Positions 19,692 through 32,168 are shown, counted from the first letter of the stretch. The stretch is DNA of 64,000 bases from Myxococcales bacterium (GCA_047601445.1 JASGJH010000001.1:9152001-9216000), one strand, 5' to 3'. The notes: generated by a model not told the origin, from the letters alone. Made by a program: numbers and translations.

Positions 19692-20651
19692 GTGCGCGTG
19701 AAGGCTGAAGACCTGGGCCCTCGCGGGGAAGTTCCGGCAGTGCACGCAGCCTCGGGAGTGGCGTTGGCGCAGGCGCGCGCGCAGGCGGTGGTTTGCGCGC
19801 CGACGCGCGCGGGCTGGCGCGCCGAGCTCAGCCTGGGCTTTCAGCCGCGCTATGGGCGCACGCGCATCACGGAGCAAGCCCACCTGGGGCCGCTGCGCAT
19901 CCAGCGACCGTTCTATCCAGAGCCCAACGGTACCTGCCACGTGTACGTGCTGCATCCTCCCGGCGGAGTGGTCGGGGGAGACGTGCTCGACGTGACGCTG
20001 CGCGGCGCCGAGGGGGCCCGCGCCCTGCTCACCACGCCGGGCGCCACCAAGCTCTACCGCAGCCCCGGGGCGCGTGCGGAGATTCGTCAGCAATTCGAGT
20101 TCGGCGAGCACAGTTGCCTGGAGTGGTTTCCGCAGGAGACCATCGCCTTCGAGGGCACCCACGCCTCGGTCAAGACCCACGTGCGGCTGGCTGCCACGGC
20201 CTCTTACGCGGGCTGGGAGATCGTGTGCCTCGGGCGTCCGGCCGCAGGAGAGCGCTTCCGCGCCGGCAGCTTGAGGCTCGAGCACAGCATCGAGCGGGCG
20301 GGGCGGCTCCAGTGGATCGAGCGCGCGGAGTATGGTGGCGGAGACGCCATGCTCGAGGCCGCCTGGGGCATGGCGGGGCATGCCGTGATCGGTACCTTCG
20401 TGATTGCTCCAGGCAGCCCGCCCGAGCCGGAATGGGTCGAGCAGCTCCGCGCGTCGCTCTTGCCGTCGCAGGGCGAAGAACCCCACGGCGTCGCGGGGCA
20501 TTTCGCGCTCACACTCGTCTCGTCCGCCATCGTTCTGCGCTACCTTGGGGACCACGCGCATCAGGCCAGCACGTTCTTCAGGCGCGCCTGGCAACTGATC
20601 CGCCCTCGCTACGCGGCCGCGGCCGTGGCGCCGCGCATTTGGCACACCTGA
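19692..20651 (+). CDS. ureD: urease accessory protein UreD
   Basis: [35 protein letters not shown]-terminal PRIWHT; start approximate. Confidence 0.92.
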   Translation: MRVKAEDLGPRGEVPAVHAASGVALAQARAQAVVCAPTRAGWRAELSLGFQPRYGRTRITEQAHLGPLRIQRPFYPEPNGTCHVYVLHPPGGVVGGDVLDVTLRGAEGARALLTTPGATKLYRSPGARAEIRQQFEFGEHSCLEWFPQETIAFEGTHASVKTHVRLAATASYAGWEIVCLGRPAAGERFRAGSLRLEHSIERAGRLQWIERAEYGGGDAMLEAAWGMAGHAVIGTFVIAPGSPPEPEWVEQLRASLLPSQGEEPHGVAGHFALTLVSSAIVLRYLGDHAHQASTFFRRAWQLIRPRYAAAAVAPRIWHT

Positions 20652-20682
20652 GTCGACACGGAACCTTCGAACGGAATCCAGC

Positions 20683-20985
20683 ATGGAACTCACGCCTCGC
20701 GAAAAAGACAAGCTGCTCCTCTTCACAGCAGGCCTGCTCGCCGAGCGTCGCAAGGCTCGGGGGCTCAAGCTCAACTACCCGGAAGCCATCGCGTACATCT
20801 CGGCTGCCATCCTGGAGGGCGCGCGCGATGGTCGTACCGTGGCCGATCTCATGAGCTACGGCGCCACGCTGCTGAAGCGCGAGGACGTCATGGAGGGCAT
20901 CGCCGAGATGATCCCCGAGGTCCAGATCGAAGCAACGTTTCCCGACGGCACCAAGCTGGTCACGGTGCACGAGCCCATCCGCTGA
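20683..20985 (+). CDS. ureA: urease gamma subunit
   Basis: [11 protein letters not shown]...LNYPEA...[16 protein letters not shown]. Confidence 0.98.
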   Translation: MELTPREKDKLLLFTAGLLAERRKARGLKLNYPEAIAYISAAILEGARDGRTVADLMSYGATLLKREDVMEGIAEMIPEVQIEATFPDGTKLVTVHEPIR

Positions 20986-20998
20986 GCACGAGGTCCCC

Positions 20999-21303
20999 AT
21001 GATTCCCGGTGAGATCGAAACCTATGAAGAGGAACTGGAGCTCAACGCGGGGCGCCCCCGCGTCACGGTGACGGTGGCCAACACGGGCGACCGACCGATT
21101 CAAGTGGGCTCCCACTATCACTTCTACGAGACCAACTCCGCTCTGCGCTTCGATCGCGAGGCCACGCGGGGCTTTCGGCTGGACATCGCGTCGGGCACGG
21201 CGGTGCGCTTCGAGCCCGGACAGGAACGCGAGGTCACCCTGGTGGCCTACGCGGGAGAGCGCAGGGTCTACGGGTTTCAGGGCAAAGTGATGGGAGAGCT
21301 GAA

Positions 21304-21307
<4 letters not shown>
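20999..21307 (+). CDS. ureB: urease beta subunit
   Basis: MIPGE...[15 protein letters not shown]...GTAVRFEPG. Confidence 0.98.
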
Positions 21308-23007
<1,700 letters not shown>

Positions 23008-23018
23008 GGGGGCCCACG

Positions 23019-23567
23019 ATGCTGGAGATTCGCGAGAAGGTTCGAAGCGGTGAGGTCACGGCCACGTTGACGTTGCCGTTCGAGGAGCGTCAGCGCACGC
23101 GGCGTCGCGTACGCCTGAGTACGGGCGAGAGCGCGCTGTTGTTGACGCCCCGGGGGACGTTGCTGCGCGGAGGAGACATCTTGTCGCTCTCCGATGGGCG
23201 CTGCGTGCGCGTGGTGGCCGCACCCGAGCAGGTCTCCACGGTGCACGCGGCGGAGCCACGCGCCCTGGCGCGTGTGGCGTACCACCTGGGAAATCGACAT
23301 GTGGCCCTGGAAGTGGGCGATGGCTTCGTGCGTTACCTCCACGACCACGTCCTGGACGACATGGTACGGGAGCTTGGGTTGAACGTGGTGGTGGAGAACG
23401 CAGCATTCGAGCCGGAGGGCGGGGCCTACGCGGGAGGTCACTCGCACGCGCACGGTCATTCTCATGCTCATCCCCACCCGCACGCTCCAGGTGAGGGGCA
23501 GAACCGCGTGAACCTCCAGGACCAGGGCGGCGAGCGCAGCGAGCTCCCGGGAGAGCCCAAGTGGTGA
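23019..23567 (+). CDS. ureE: urease accessory protein UreE
   Basis: LRGGD, AYHLGNRH, FEPEGGAY, His-rich tail GHSHAHGHSHAHPHPH. Confidence 0.95.
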   Translation: MLEIREKVRSGEVTATLTLPFEERQRTRRRVRLSTGESALLLTPRGTLLRGGDILSLSDGRCVRVVAAPEQVSTVHAAEPRALARVAYHLGNRHVALEVGDGFVRYLHDHVLDDMVRELGLNVVVENAAFEPEGGAYAGGHSHAHGHSHAHPHPHAPGEGQNRVNLQDQGGERSELPGEPKW

Positions 23568-24233
23568 GCTCGCGGGCCCCACTCCTGCGGCTGTTGCAGC
23601 TGGCGAGCCCGGCTTTGCCCATCGGGGCGTACGCCTATTCGCGCGGTCTCGAGAGTGCGGTGCATTTCGGCTGGGTCAAAGACGAAGCGGAGGCCTGCCG
23701 CTGGATCGAGGGCATCCTCGAGCGCTCCGTGGCATCCCTCGACGGTCCCGTGTTTTTGCGGCTCTTCGACGCCTTCGTGGCCCAGGACACGGCGTGCGTG
23801 GAGCGTTGGAACGACTTTGCGTGTGCCGCCCGCGAGAGCCACGAGCTGGCCCTGGAGGACAGGCAGTTGGGGCTCGCGCTCGCGCGCGTCTTGAATGACC
23901 AAGGAGTCGAGGCTGCCGCCCATTTCCGCGGGCGCGGAGGCTACGCCACGCTGTTCGCGTTGGCCGCCAGCACCTGGGGAGTCGAGCGGGTGGACGCGCT
24001 CAGCGCGTTCCTGTTCGCGTTCGTGGAGAACCAGGTGAGCTGTGCCATCAAGTTGGTGCCGCTCGGGCAGAGCGCGGGGCAGCGCATTCTTTCCAGGTTG
24101 GTTGGGGTGGTTGACCGCCTGGTGCAGAGGGTCCTCGAGATCGGGGACGATGAGAATCGGTTCCTACACACCGCGCGTGGCGCTCGGCAGTGCCTGGCAC
24201 GAGACCCAGTACACGCGTCTTTTCCGTTCTTGA
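23561..24233 (+). pseudogene. ureF: urease accessory protein UreF, frameshifted near 24155 (real or assembly error)
   Basis: N-terminus LQLASPALPIGAYAYSRGLE and KLVPLGQ are in one frame. The conserved C-terminus [11 protein letters not shown] is in another frame ending 24233. Removing one A from GAGAATC (24155-24156) joins them. Confidence 0.9.
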
Positions 24234-24242
24234 GGAGGAGTC

Positions 24243-24857
24243 ATGACCAAGAGTGCGCTGCGATTGGGGGTGGGCGGCCCGGTGGGTTCGGGCAAGACGG
24301 CGTTGGTCCTGGCTCTGTGTAGACGGCTCCGCGATCACTACGACATCGCGGTGGTCACCAACGACATCTACACCAAGGAAGACGCCGAGTTCCTGCTGCG
24401 CAACGAGGCGCTGCCCCGCGAGCGTATCGCCGGCGTGGAGACCGGCGGCTGTCCCCACACCGCCATCCGAGAAGACGCCTCCATGAACCTGGCCGCCGTG
24501 GAGGACATGGTGCTCAAGTTCCCGAAGCTACAGATGGTCATCATCGAGAGCGGGGGCGACAACCTGAGCGCCACCTTTAGCCCGGAGCTGTCCGACCTCA
24601 CGCTCTACGTCATCGACGTGGCGGCGGGCGACAAGATTCCGCGCAAGGGCGGGCCCGGCATCACCAAGAGCGACCTCTTGATCATCAACAAGACCGACCT
24701 GGCGCCCCACGTGGGCGCATCGCTCGAGGTCATGGATCGCGACGCCCGCAAGATGCGCGGCGAGCGGCCCTTCGTGTTCACCTGCTTGAAGACGGGCGAC
24801 GGTCTGGAGAACGTCGTGCGCTTCATCGAGCAGGAAGGGATTCTAGCCGGAGACTGA
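24243..24857 (+). CDS. ureG: urease accessory GTPase UreG
   Basis: [38 protein letters not shown]. Confidence 0.97.
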   Translation: MTKSALRLGVGGPVGSGKTALVLALCRRLRDHYDIAVVTNDIYTKEDAEFLLRNEALPRERIAGVETGGCPHTAIREDASMNLAAVEDMVLKFPKLQMVIIESGGDNLSATFSPELSDLTLYVIDVAAGDKIPRKGGPGITKSDLLIINKTDLAPHVGASLEVMDRDARKMRGERPFVFTCLKTGDGLENVVRFIEQEGILAGD

Positions 24858-24920
24858 CGAAGTCAGTCCCCGGCCCGTGCCGGCCTTGCGCAAGCAAGGC
24901 GCGCCTGTGCGTGTGCCCGC

Positions 24921-27455
24921 TCAGAAGGCGGCCTTCAAGCCGATATGGAACCAGCGCGGGGCGTTGGGGCGCGCGCCGAACGGGCGGTGCGACACCAGGT
25001 AGACCGAGTTCAGCAGGTTGTTGATGGTGCCGTAGATCTGCAGCGGGCCCCACACCTTGGCCCAGGCGCTGGCGTCCACCAGGGTCTGCGCGTCGGTGTA
25101 CAGCTCGCGGTGATCGGAGCCCACGCCGGTGCTGCCGTCGCCGGTCTTGCTCATGTAGCTCACGGCCACCGCGCCGCCCGCGGGCTTGGCCTCTACGCCG
25201 AGGCTCGCGCGCATCAGGTGCTGGGGCACGTTGGGCATCAGGTCGCCCTTCTCCACGTCGCCCCAGATCGGGTTCTGCGATGAGAAAGTCTCGAGGAACT
25301 GCGCCTGGGTGCGCGTATAGGCGAAGGTCAACGGCAGCTTGAGGTTGCCCACCGGGATGTCGTGGCCCACCAGCAGCTCGACGCCGTAGATGCGTGCGTG
25401 TCCGCCGGTGAAGTACTTGTCCTGCGCCGAGCTCGGTCCGCCGTCGTTGCCGATGGAGGAGATGTTTTGGTAGTCGTTGTAGAAGCCGATGGCCTCGGCG
25501 CGTAGCGCACCCTTGGTGTAGCGAGCGCCGCCTTCGTAGTTGACGCTGAATTCCGGCTTGGCGTGCTTGCCGGCATCGGGCGTGGCGGCGCTGAAGCCGC
25601 GGTAGACACCCGCCAGTACACCGAGCTCCTCGGTGATGGCGTAGTAGAGGCCGACTCCCGGCAAGAGGGCGTAGTTGAAGAACTTGTCGCCATTGCCGGT
25701 CGCGCGATCGATAAACGACATGCGCATCAACTCGGTGCGCATGCCGGGCGTGACGGTGAGACCCGCGACCGTGACCGCGTACTGCACGTGCGGGGCGAGC
25801 GCGTAGGTGGCCGCCTTGTTGAAGGCGGTGACCGTGGTGGCCTGCCCGTCGGGGTACGGTTCGCCGCCGTAGAGCTGCGACCCGAAAGCCGTGTGGTGTC
25901 GCTCGATGCGGTCGTAGTGGAGCCGCATGCCAGCCTCGAAGCGGTGCTGGATCTTGCCCGTCTCCGTGTCCCAGCGGAACAAGGACTGCACGCCCTCCGA
26001 GACGAAGTCACGCTGATTGCCAGCGGACACCACGCGCGCATTGGGATCGCCCAGCGCATCGGCGAACGTGCTCTGTCCGCGCAGCACCGAGAGGTACGTG
26101 TAGCGCATGCCCGCCGGGCTATTCGGCGAAGCCGACGCGGAAGCCGTGTTGTCGAGGACGTCGAAGAGGTTGGCCCCCGGAATGTTGTCGACGCGGTTCC
26201 ACAGGCGGGTGAAGTTGTTGCGATAGGCGGTGGTGGTGAGCGTCATGCGCCGCTTGAAATCCACCTGGTGCGTGAGCGCGATGCTCGAGCGGTGGTTCTT
26301 CATGCGGTCGTTGGCGGTGGCGCCATAGCGAGCGTAGGGGTTGTCCTTGAAGTCCTGCTCCGAGAGACCCATGTAGGTCTCGTTCGAGACCTCGTCGGAG
26401 TAACCGAGCTTGAGACGGAACTCGTTGCGCACCTCGGCCCGCGGATCCACCACGTACGAGAACTTGGCCATCCACTCGTCCTTGGTGAAGCCAGTGTCCG
26501 CGTCGGGGTTCGTCATCAGCTCCTTGAAGCCGTTGTTCTGTAGACGTACGCCCTCGACCAGGAAGCCGAACTGGTCGTTGCTGGCGCCGAAATAGGCGTG
26601 CCCTTTGCCGTAGCCGTAGGCGCCCGCGGCCAGGTCGATGGCGCCCGAGGCGTTGGTGGGAATCGCGCGCGTCTGCAGGTCGACGGCGCCGGCGATGGTC
26701 TGGGGACCCGAGGTCACGGCCGACGGCCCCTTGATCACGCGCACGCCCGTCATACGCGTGATGATGGGAAAGTAGTAGGCAGCGGGGGCCGAGTAGGGAG
26801 CGGGTCCGAACAGGACACCATCCTCCATCAGCGTGATCTTCTTGCTGCGGTCGGGGTCCACGCCGCGAATCGCGATGTTGGGGCGCAGGCCCATGCCGTC
26901 TTCCGTGCGTGAGTACACGCCGGGCACGGCGCTGAGCACCTGGGCCACGTCGTCGTACTCGAAGCGCTGCAGCTCCTTGTCGCGGATGACGTGGGCGGAG
27001 CCTGGCGTGCGCGAGAGGCGCGTGCCGACGATGGTGACTTCGAGCGGCTGGTTGGATGCCGGCGGTGGAACCGGAGCGGCCTCTGCGGGTGCTGGCTCGG
27101 GGGTCGCAGCCGGAGGTTCGGCTGGCGCGTACTCGGGAGCGGGCGCAGGCAGCTCAGGCTCCACGGGCGGCGCGGCAGGTTCTGCAGGCGGCTCGGCAGG
27201 CAGAGCGGGCGAAGGAGCACTCGGAGGGGCCTCGGGTGCAGGCGCGAGCTCAGTGGGCGTCGCGGGTGCAGCCGGCTCGGAGTTCGCCGCAGGTGGTGGC
27301 GCAGCCGGCGCAGGCGCGTCAGTCGACGGCTCGACGGCGGGTGGTGCCTCCGGGCTCGGCGTGGCCTGGGCCAGCGCCGTCGCGGCGGTGAAGGGGACCG
27401 AAAGGGCCAAGAGGCACACCAGGCGCTTGGCAGAAGAAAGGGCAGGGGACGTCAC
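24921..27455 (-). CDS. TonB-dependent receptor (FecA-like) with Pro/Ala/Glu-rich N-terminal extension
   Basis: GTG 27455 after GGAG; signal peptide ending ALAQ; plug VPGVYSRTEDGMGLRPNIAIRG..RSKKITLMEDG..PAPYSAPAAYY; C-terminal NNLLN..Y..GARPNAPR and terminal F. Confidence 0.92.
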   Translation of the reverse strand: MTSPALSSAKRLVCLLALSVPFTAATALAQATPSPEAPPAVEPSTDAPAPAAPPPAANSEPAAPATPTELAPAPEAPPSAPSPALPAEPPAEPAAPPVEPELPAPAPEYAPAEPPAATPEPAPAEAAPVPPPASNQPLEVTIVGTRLSRTPGSAHVIRDKELQRFEYDDVAQVLSAVPGVYSRTEDGMGLRPNIAIRGVDPDRSKKITLMEDGVLFGPAPYSAPAAYYFPIITRMTGVRVIKGPSAVTSGPQTIAGAVDLQTRAIPTNASGAIDLAAGAYGYGKGHAYFGASNDQFGFLVEGVRLQNNGFKELMTNPDADTGFTKDEWMAKFSYVVDPRAEVRNEFRLKLGYSDEVSNETYMGLSEQDFKDNPYARYGATANDRMKNHRSSIALTHQVDFKRRMTLTTTAYRNNFTRLWNRVDNIPGANLFDVLDNTASASASPNSPAGMRYTYLSVLRGQSTFADALGDPNARVVSAGNQRDFVSEGVQSLFRWDTETGKIQHRFEAGMRLHYDRIERHHTAFGSQLYGGEPYPDGQATTVTAFNKAATYALAPHVQYAVTVAGLTVTPGMRTELMRMSFIDRATGNGDKFFNYALLPGVGLYYAITEELGVLAGVYRGFSAATPDAGKHAKPEFSVNYEGGARYTKGALRAEAIGFYNDYQNISSIGNDGGPSSAQDKYFTGGHARIYGVELLVGHDIPVGNLKLPLTFAYTRTQAQFLETFSSQNPIWGDVEKGDLMPNVPQHLMRASLGVEAKPAGGAVAVSYMSKTGDGSTGVGSDHRELYTDAQTLVDASAWAKVWGPLQIYGTINNLLNSVYLVSHRPFGARPNAPRWFHIGLKAAF

Positions 27456-27514
27456 GCGTACTCCAGGAGGATGGGCAATCGGGCGAAAGGGACGATGCGA
27501 GTTCGTCGCTGGAC

Positions 27515-28897
27515 TCAGATGGGCTTCAGGTGCGGTGGGGGTTCGGTGGGCGCCGGCAGGATCCAGGTCGCCTTGGCGAAGCCGTCGCGGATGTGGGTCA
27601 GGTCGGCTTTGGGGTCGATCAGGCGTTGGCGCCTGCGGCCGTTGAGGGAGGCGATGGCGTCGGCGCGCACCTCCACCTCGCCGAAGCCGCGCCGGGCGTA
27701 GTCCGCCTGAATGTGCTGGGCAAGTTGAAGGACCAGGTCGGGCTGCCCCGACATCTCGAGCTCCTGGTACCTGGTCAGGTAGGTGCGCGGGAACACCAGC
27801 CACGAGCGGCCGGTGCTCTTCTGCAGGACCTCGAAGGTCACGCTGCCGTTCTTCTCGCGCACCATCACGCGCCAGGAGAAGCGCATGCCCTGCTCGTGCC
27901 AGCGCACGTTGTCGCCGTAGGCCAGGTAGCGCATGGGGATGGTGATCTGCAGCAGGCAGTAGCTGGCCACCAGCATGCCCGCCCAGCGTGGGACGGGGCG
28001 TGTGACGTTGGTCTGCGCGGGAGCGGCGCCAGCAGTGCGCCCCATGCCCAACGCCGAAAGCAGGCGGCGCGGCCAGTCGGCAGGGAAGAACACCAGCGCG
28101 ACCATGACCATGATGGCCGAGAACATGCCGATGGCCGGGAACAAGGTGCGCGTCATGGCATGGAACACGAGCACGGCGGCGTAGGCGAACACGCGCGTGC
28201 GCCGCCAGAGCAGAAACCAGATGATGAAGGTGTCGAACAAGAAGCCGGCCCAGCTCATCGCCAGCGGCACTCCGTCGATGCGGAAGAGCCCCCCGAGCAC
28301 GGGTAAGTCGGTCTGGGAGGCCAGCCAGATACGCAGTGGCTGAGCGTGCAGCAGCCAATCGCCGTGCGCCTTGGCCAGACCCGCGAACGTGTAGACGATA
28401 CCCACCTGGAAGCGGAACAGGAACTGCCACATCCGTGCCACATGCTCGCGCGCGTAGCCCGGGTTTCGCCAGGCCTTGATGGAGCCCCAGCGATCGGCCG
28501 GCGAGAGCGCGAGCAGAAACGAGAGCAGCGTGGCGAGGTAGTAGTGGTTCAGGTACGTGGTGACGTCGAGCAGCTGCAGATACGCGAAGCCGATGGCGAA
28601 CAACCAGGCAGCCAACCGGAACCACACCCCCAGCGCGATCAAGATCGCGAGCAGGGCGAGTCCCCCAAACACCGCGTGCATGCCCAAGCGCGGCAGCGGC
28701 TCGAGCCAGCCGAAGCCGTAGTACTTGAAGTGAAAGCTAGGATTCACGAAGAAAGCGTCGACCCAGCCGTAGACGATGGAGCGCATCATGCTGATGCACA
28801 TCGCCAGGCCGAACAATACCCGTAGGGCACCGAGCCACGCGATGTCGACGTGTTCGCCGAGGGCCGTCCGAGCCTTGTTCGTCCAGCCCTCAGTCAT
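27515..28897 (-). CDS. HTTM-domain, vitamin K-dependent gamma-glutamyl carboxylase-like membrane protein
   Basis: LGALRVLFG, FHFKYYGF, YLNHYYL, VYTFAGLAK..DW, FSWRVM, QPDLVLQLA, SLNGRRRQRLIDPKADL. Confidence 0.9.
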   Translation of the reverse strand: MTEGWTNKARTALGEHVDIAWLGALRVLFGLAMCISMMRSIVYGWVDAFFVNPSFHFKYYGFGWLEPLPRLGMHAVFGGLALLAILIALGVWFRLAAWLFAIGFAYLQLLDVTTYLNHYYLATLLSFLLALSPADRWGSIKAWRNPGYAREHVARMWQFLFRFQVGIVYTFAGLAKAHGDWLLHAQPLRIWLASQTDLPVLGGLFRIDGVPLAMSWAGFLFDTFIIWFLLWRRTRVFAYAAVLVFHAMTRTLFPAIGMFSAIMVMVALVFFPADWPRRLLSALGMGRTAGAAPAQTNVTRPVPRWAGMLVASYCLLQITIPMRYLAYGDNVRWHEQGMRFSWRVMVREKNGSVTFEVLQKSTGRSWLVFPRTYLTRYQELEMSGQPDLVLQLAQHIQADYARRGFGEVEVRADAIASLNGRRRQRLIDPKADLTHIRDGFAKATWILPAPTEPPPHLKPI

Positions 28898-30215
28898 TGT
28901 CGCCGACAAGCATCATCGGGGCGTCGAGGTTCAATACCGTGATCACGTCGGTCTTGAGCACGTCGCTGATAGCCTTGAACGCAGCGTACACCGGGGCGAC
29001 GCTGCCCGGATTCTGCTCAAATGCGCCATTCAGATCGAATTGCGCGATGGCCGCGTCGGCCGCGTCGAGAGCCGCTGACATCTCGTCCGCCACGCTGTCC
29101 GCGCCCACCGCGTGGAGCCAGTCGTCGAACCCGAGGCCCTGGTAGTCCGGTCCGCAGCCTTGGTACAGCAGGCGAAATGCCTTCAGGTTGGCCCGCACGT
29201 TGTCGCTGGCCACGCGCGCATAGCGTGTCTCGGCGTAGCCCGCGCAGTTCGCGGTGCACTCCACGAGCCCGGCCGGCCGCCCGAGCTTCCACTGCTTCAC
29301 GTCCTGCTCCAGGTAGAACAGGCCGTTGCTCACCGCGTTGAGGGCAGCCTGCTCGCTCATGTACACCGCGCCGCCGGGACCCGCGCTGGCGAGCGTCTGC
29401 GCGAAGTTTCCACCGCTCGCGCTCCAGGCGGAGAGTAAGAGCGCCGACTTGGCGCGGATGTCGTGGCCCAACGCGCCTGCGTAAGCCACCTTGCGATTCG
29501 CGAGCTCCTCGGCCGAAAGCATCGACCAGAGCTGCTTGCCATTGAGCCGATTCAGGGCCGTGCAGCCGTTGTCCGTGTTCGTGTAGAACAGCATGTACTC
29601 CACGGCGCCGAGCCCGCGCGCACCGGCGGGGGCCATGTCGAAGGTGGAGCCCGCATAGGTCTGATCGTAGAGCTGCTCCTCCATCGAACAGCGGTTCACG
29701 GCGGGGAAGGCGTAAATCTCGTCGCGCAGTCCCTCTCCGCCCGGGTCGCCCTTGGGGGCCTGCGGGCCGAAGCCGAACATCTCGAGGATCTGCCACTGCT
29801 GCAGCGCGTGGTACCAAGCGTCGCGCGCACCCGTCAGCGACTCGGGAGATGGGGCCGCGGCGTAGGCCGCGAGCTTGGTCTCCAGCTCCACCGCGAGCGG
29901 GTCGAACTGGCATAGCTGCTGCTGCGTGCACTGGGCCACGCTGGTGAGCAGTGCGCTCTTGGAGAAGGGCGCATCGAGGTTGGTCAGGAACGCGCAAGCG
30001 GCGCTCCCTATGCCCGCATCGCCAGCGCCGCCGTCGGAGTCCGTTGGCGAGGGAGTGCTCGGGACGAAGGTCATGCCCGAATCGAGGTGGCCGCCGACCC
30101 CAGGGTTCGACGCGGGGGCCATCGGGCTGACGTGCTCGGGGAGAGCCAGCTTGTCGCAGCCCATGGCGAACCCCAGTGCGACCAAGAACCCTGCGCGAAG
30201 AGACTGCGAACCCAT
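28890..30215 (-). CDS. imelysin-family lipoprotein
   Basis: Lipobox AMGC; ARDAWYHALQQWQ..FGFGP, IYAFP, RGLGAVEYMLF, KLGRPAG, GFDDWL, C-terminal GDND. Confidence 0.85.
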   Translation of the reverse strand: MGSQSLRAGFLVALGFAMGCDKLALPEHVSPMAPASNPGVGGHLDSGMTFVPSTPSPTDSDGGAGDAGIGSAACAFLTNLDAPFSKSALLTSVAQCTQQQLCQFDPLAVELETKLAAYAAAPSPESLTGARDAWYHALQQWQILEMFGFGPQAPKGDPGGEGLRDEIYAFPAVNRCSMEEQLYDQTYAGSTFDMAPAGARGLGAVEYMLFYTNTDNGCTALNRLNGKQLWSMLSAEELANRKVAYAGALGHDIRAKSALLLSAWSASGGNFAQTLASAGPGGAVYMSEQAALNAVSNGLFYLEQDVKQWKLGRPAGLVECTANCAGYAETRYARVASDNVRANLKAFRLLYQGCGPDYQGLGFDDWLHAVGADSVADEMSAALDAADAAIAQFDLNGAFEQNPGSVAPVYAAFKAISDVLKTDVITVLNLDAPMMLVGDND

Positions 30216-30261
30216 ATCGATTACCTTCTCAAAATCCGTATTTTACGGGCGTCTTCATAGC

Positions 30262-30290
30262 AAAAGGCGCGGGAGCTCGCTCCCGCGCCT
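30262..30290 (-). terminator. intrinsic terminator-like hairpin between the propeller gene and imelysin
   Basis: Minus strand AGGCGCGGGAG-CGAG-CTCCCGCGCCT-TTT (11-bp stem, short U tail). Confidence 0.7.
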
Positions 30291-30313
30291 GAGGACCATC
30301 GGCCGCGCTGGGT

Positions 30314-32168
30314 CTACTGCTCTTGGAGCGAGAAGATCACCAGGGCCGCGTTGTCGTTGGCTGCCGTACTGCCCGCGCTGGCACCGGCGGCCACCACGTA
30401 CTTGCCGTCGGCAGATTCTGCGAGACCGAGGAAGTTGTCGTTCGTCTGGTTGAAGTCGTAGGCCTTGTGACCGACGGTGTTGAACGTCGTGTCGGCGACG
30501 CCGTCCTTCGTGAGCATGCCGATCACGGCGCTCTTCTTCTTATCGGCGGCCACACCCACCGCGCCCTGACCCACATACACGACGCGGTCGTCGTGCAGCA
30601 CGATCACGTTGCGGCCGTTCTCGGCGCCGGTGGCCGCATTCTCGGCGTTGGAGAGCTTGTCGAGCTGGAAGTAGCCCTGGCCGTTGCTCCAATCGGAGTC
30701 GGGTTCGCCGGTGCCGGAGATGCGGAGCGAGAAGATGGAGTCGGCCGGATCACCGTCGGAGTGCTCACCGTAGCCGATCGTCACGAAGGAACCGTTCGAC
30801 TGACGGGCGGCGCCGTACGCCTCGCAGGCACCGGTCGTGCTCGGATCATTGGTCTGGAAGGGGTTGAACACGAGCAAGCCGCCGATGGCGAAACCCGGCA
30901 CGAAGTGTCCCTGCGCGTCCAGGCGCGCGATGATCATGTTGGCCTTGCCGTCGATCTGCTGGTAGCCGGCCGAAACGATCTCGTCGTTGGGCAGGATGTC
31001 ATTGCGGCGCGCGTTCTCGGAGCGGTCGCCGGGGGCATTGATGGCCACGGTGCCGCTGGTCCCGAAGTCAGCGTCCAGGGCGCCGTCGCGTTCGAGGCGC
31101 GTGATGTAGCGGTCGAAGTCCTTGCGCTCGCCGATGGCCTTGGAGCGCGTGGAGAGCACCAGGCGATTCTGGCTGTCCACGTCGATGTCATAGGCGTCGT
31201 CGTTGAGGGGATTGCCCAGCGAGTACACCGGAGGTTGGTCGGTGGTAGCGCTGATCACGGGGACCATGGGCCCTGCGATCCAGAGGATGCCGTCTTCGTC
31301 GCCGGGCGAGAACATGTGGTCGCCGGAGTCGTCGTGGTCACCATTGGCGGTGAAGCGCGCGACGTAGATGTCGATGTTGCCGAACTGCTTGCTGAAGATC
31401 CGCGCCGCCGCCAGGGTTCGCGACCGTGAGGGTCTCCTTGGCGGTCTCGGCCGTGCCGAGGATCACGACCTTGCCATCCGACTGCACGGCGAGCGCCTTG
31501 GCGGACTCCACGGACTCCGCGGCCGCCGCGCTGGCGGGCACGGTGTTCCAGGTGGCGATGCCGCTGCGTGCGCCGCCGCCGTTCTCGATCAGATCACCGA
31601 ACGACGTATCGAGCTCGCCGTTGAGCTTGAAGCGAGCCACGGCCGAGAAGCGGTCGAGCACCTTCTTCTCTTCTTCGCTCGCCTGGCCCGGGTTGAGCAC
31701 GAAGGTGCGCTCGACGGTGATGTAACCGGAGGCGTAGATGAGTCCGTTGGGGCCAAAGGTGGCCGACAGGAAGCGGTCCGCTTGCGGAAGGTCGAGTGCG
31801 TCGGCCGTGGAGAACCTCTCCACGAGGGGCAGCGTGGGCTCGACATCGCCGTCCCCGCCAGCATCCCCGTCGCCGTCCCCATCCCCATCGCCCGTGGGCG
31901 TGTGGGCGTCGATGCCCGCGTCGCTCGGGGCGGGCGCATCGCCATCACCATTCGCGTCGCCGTCCCCATTGCCCGGCAGCTGTCCAGAGTCGCCCTGGCC
32001 GTTGGTGTCGCCATCGCCATCGCCAGCGTCCGTGGTCTCGCCAGCAGGGTCCTCGTCGTCGCCGCAGCCGAGGCTCGTGCCGAGGCCCAGCGTGAGCAGC
32101 AACGAAAGGGCGAGACGGACGCTGTTGGCTCCGCGCTTTGATCGGCGGATTTCAAATTCTTGATTCAT
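30314..32168 (-). pseudogene. delta-60-type beta-propeller repeat lipoprotein, frameshifted near 31400
   Basis: The 5' part has lipobox TSLGC, a DG linker, VARFKLNGELDTSFG and ALAVQSDGKVVI. It continues in another frame as FSKQFGNIDIYVARFTANG into ORF 30314-31315, which has RLERDGALDADFG and DGVADTTFN repeats. Confidence 0.8.

Noticed and set aside
24921..28625. 1234-aa ORF suggesting an HTTM-TBDR fusion
   Set aside because: The first ~390 aa are an off-frame shadow of the HTTM gene. The TBDR has its own RBS, GTG (27455) and signal peptide, and HTTM has its own stop at 27515.
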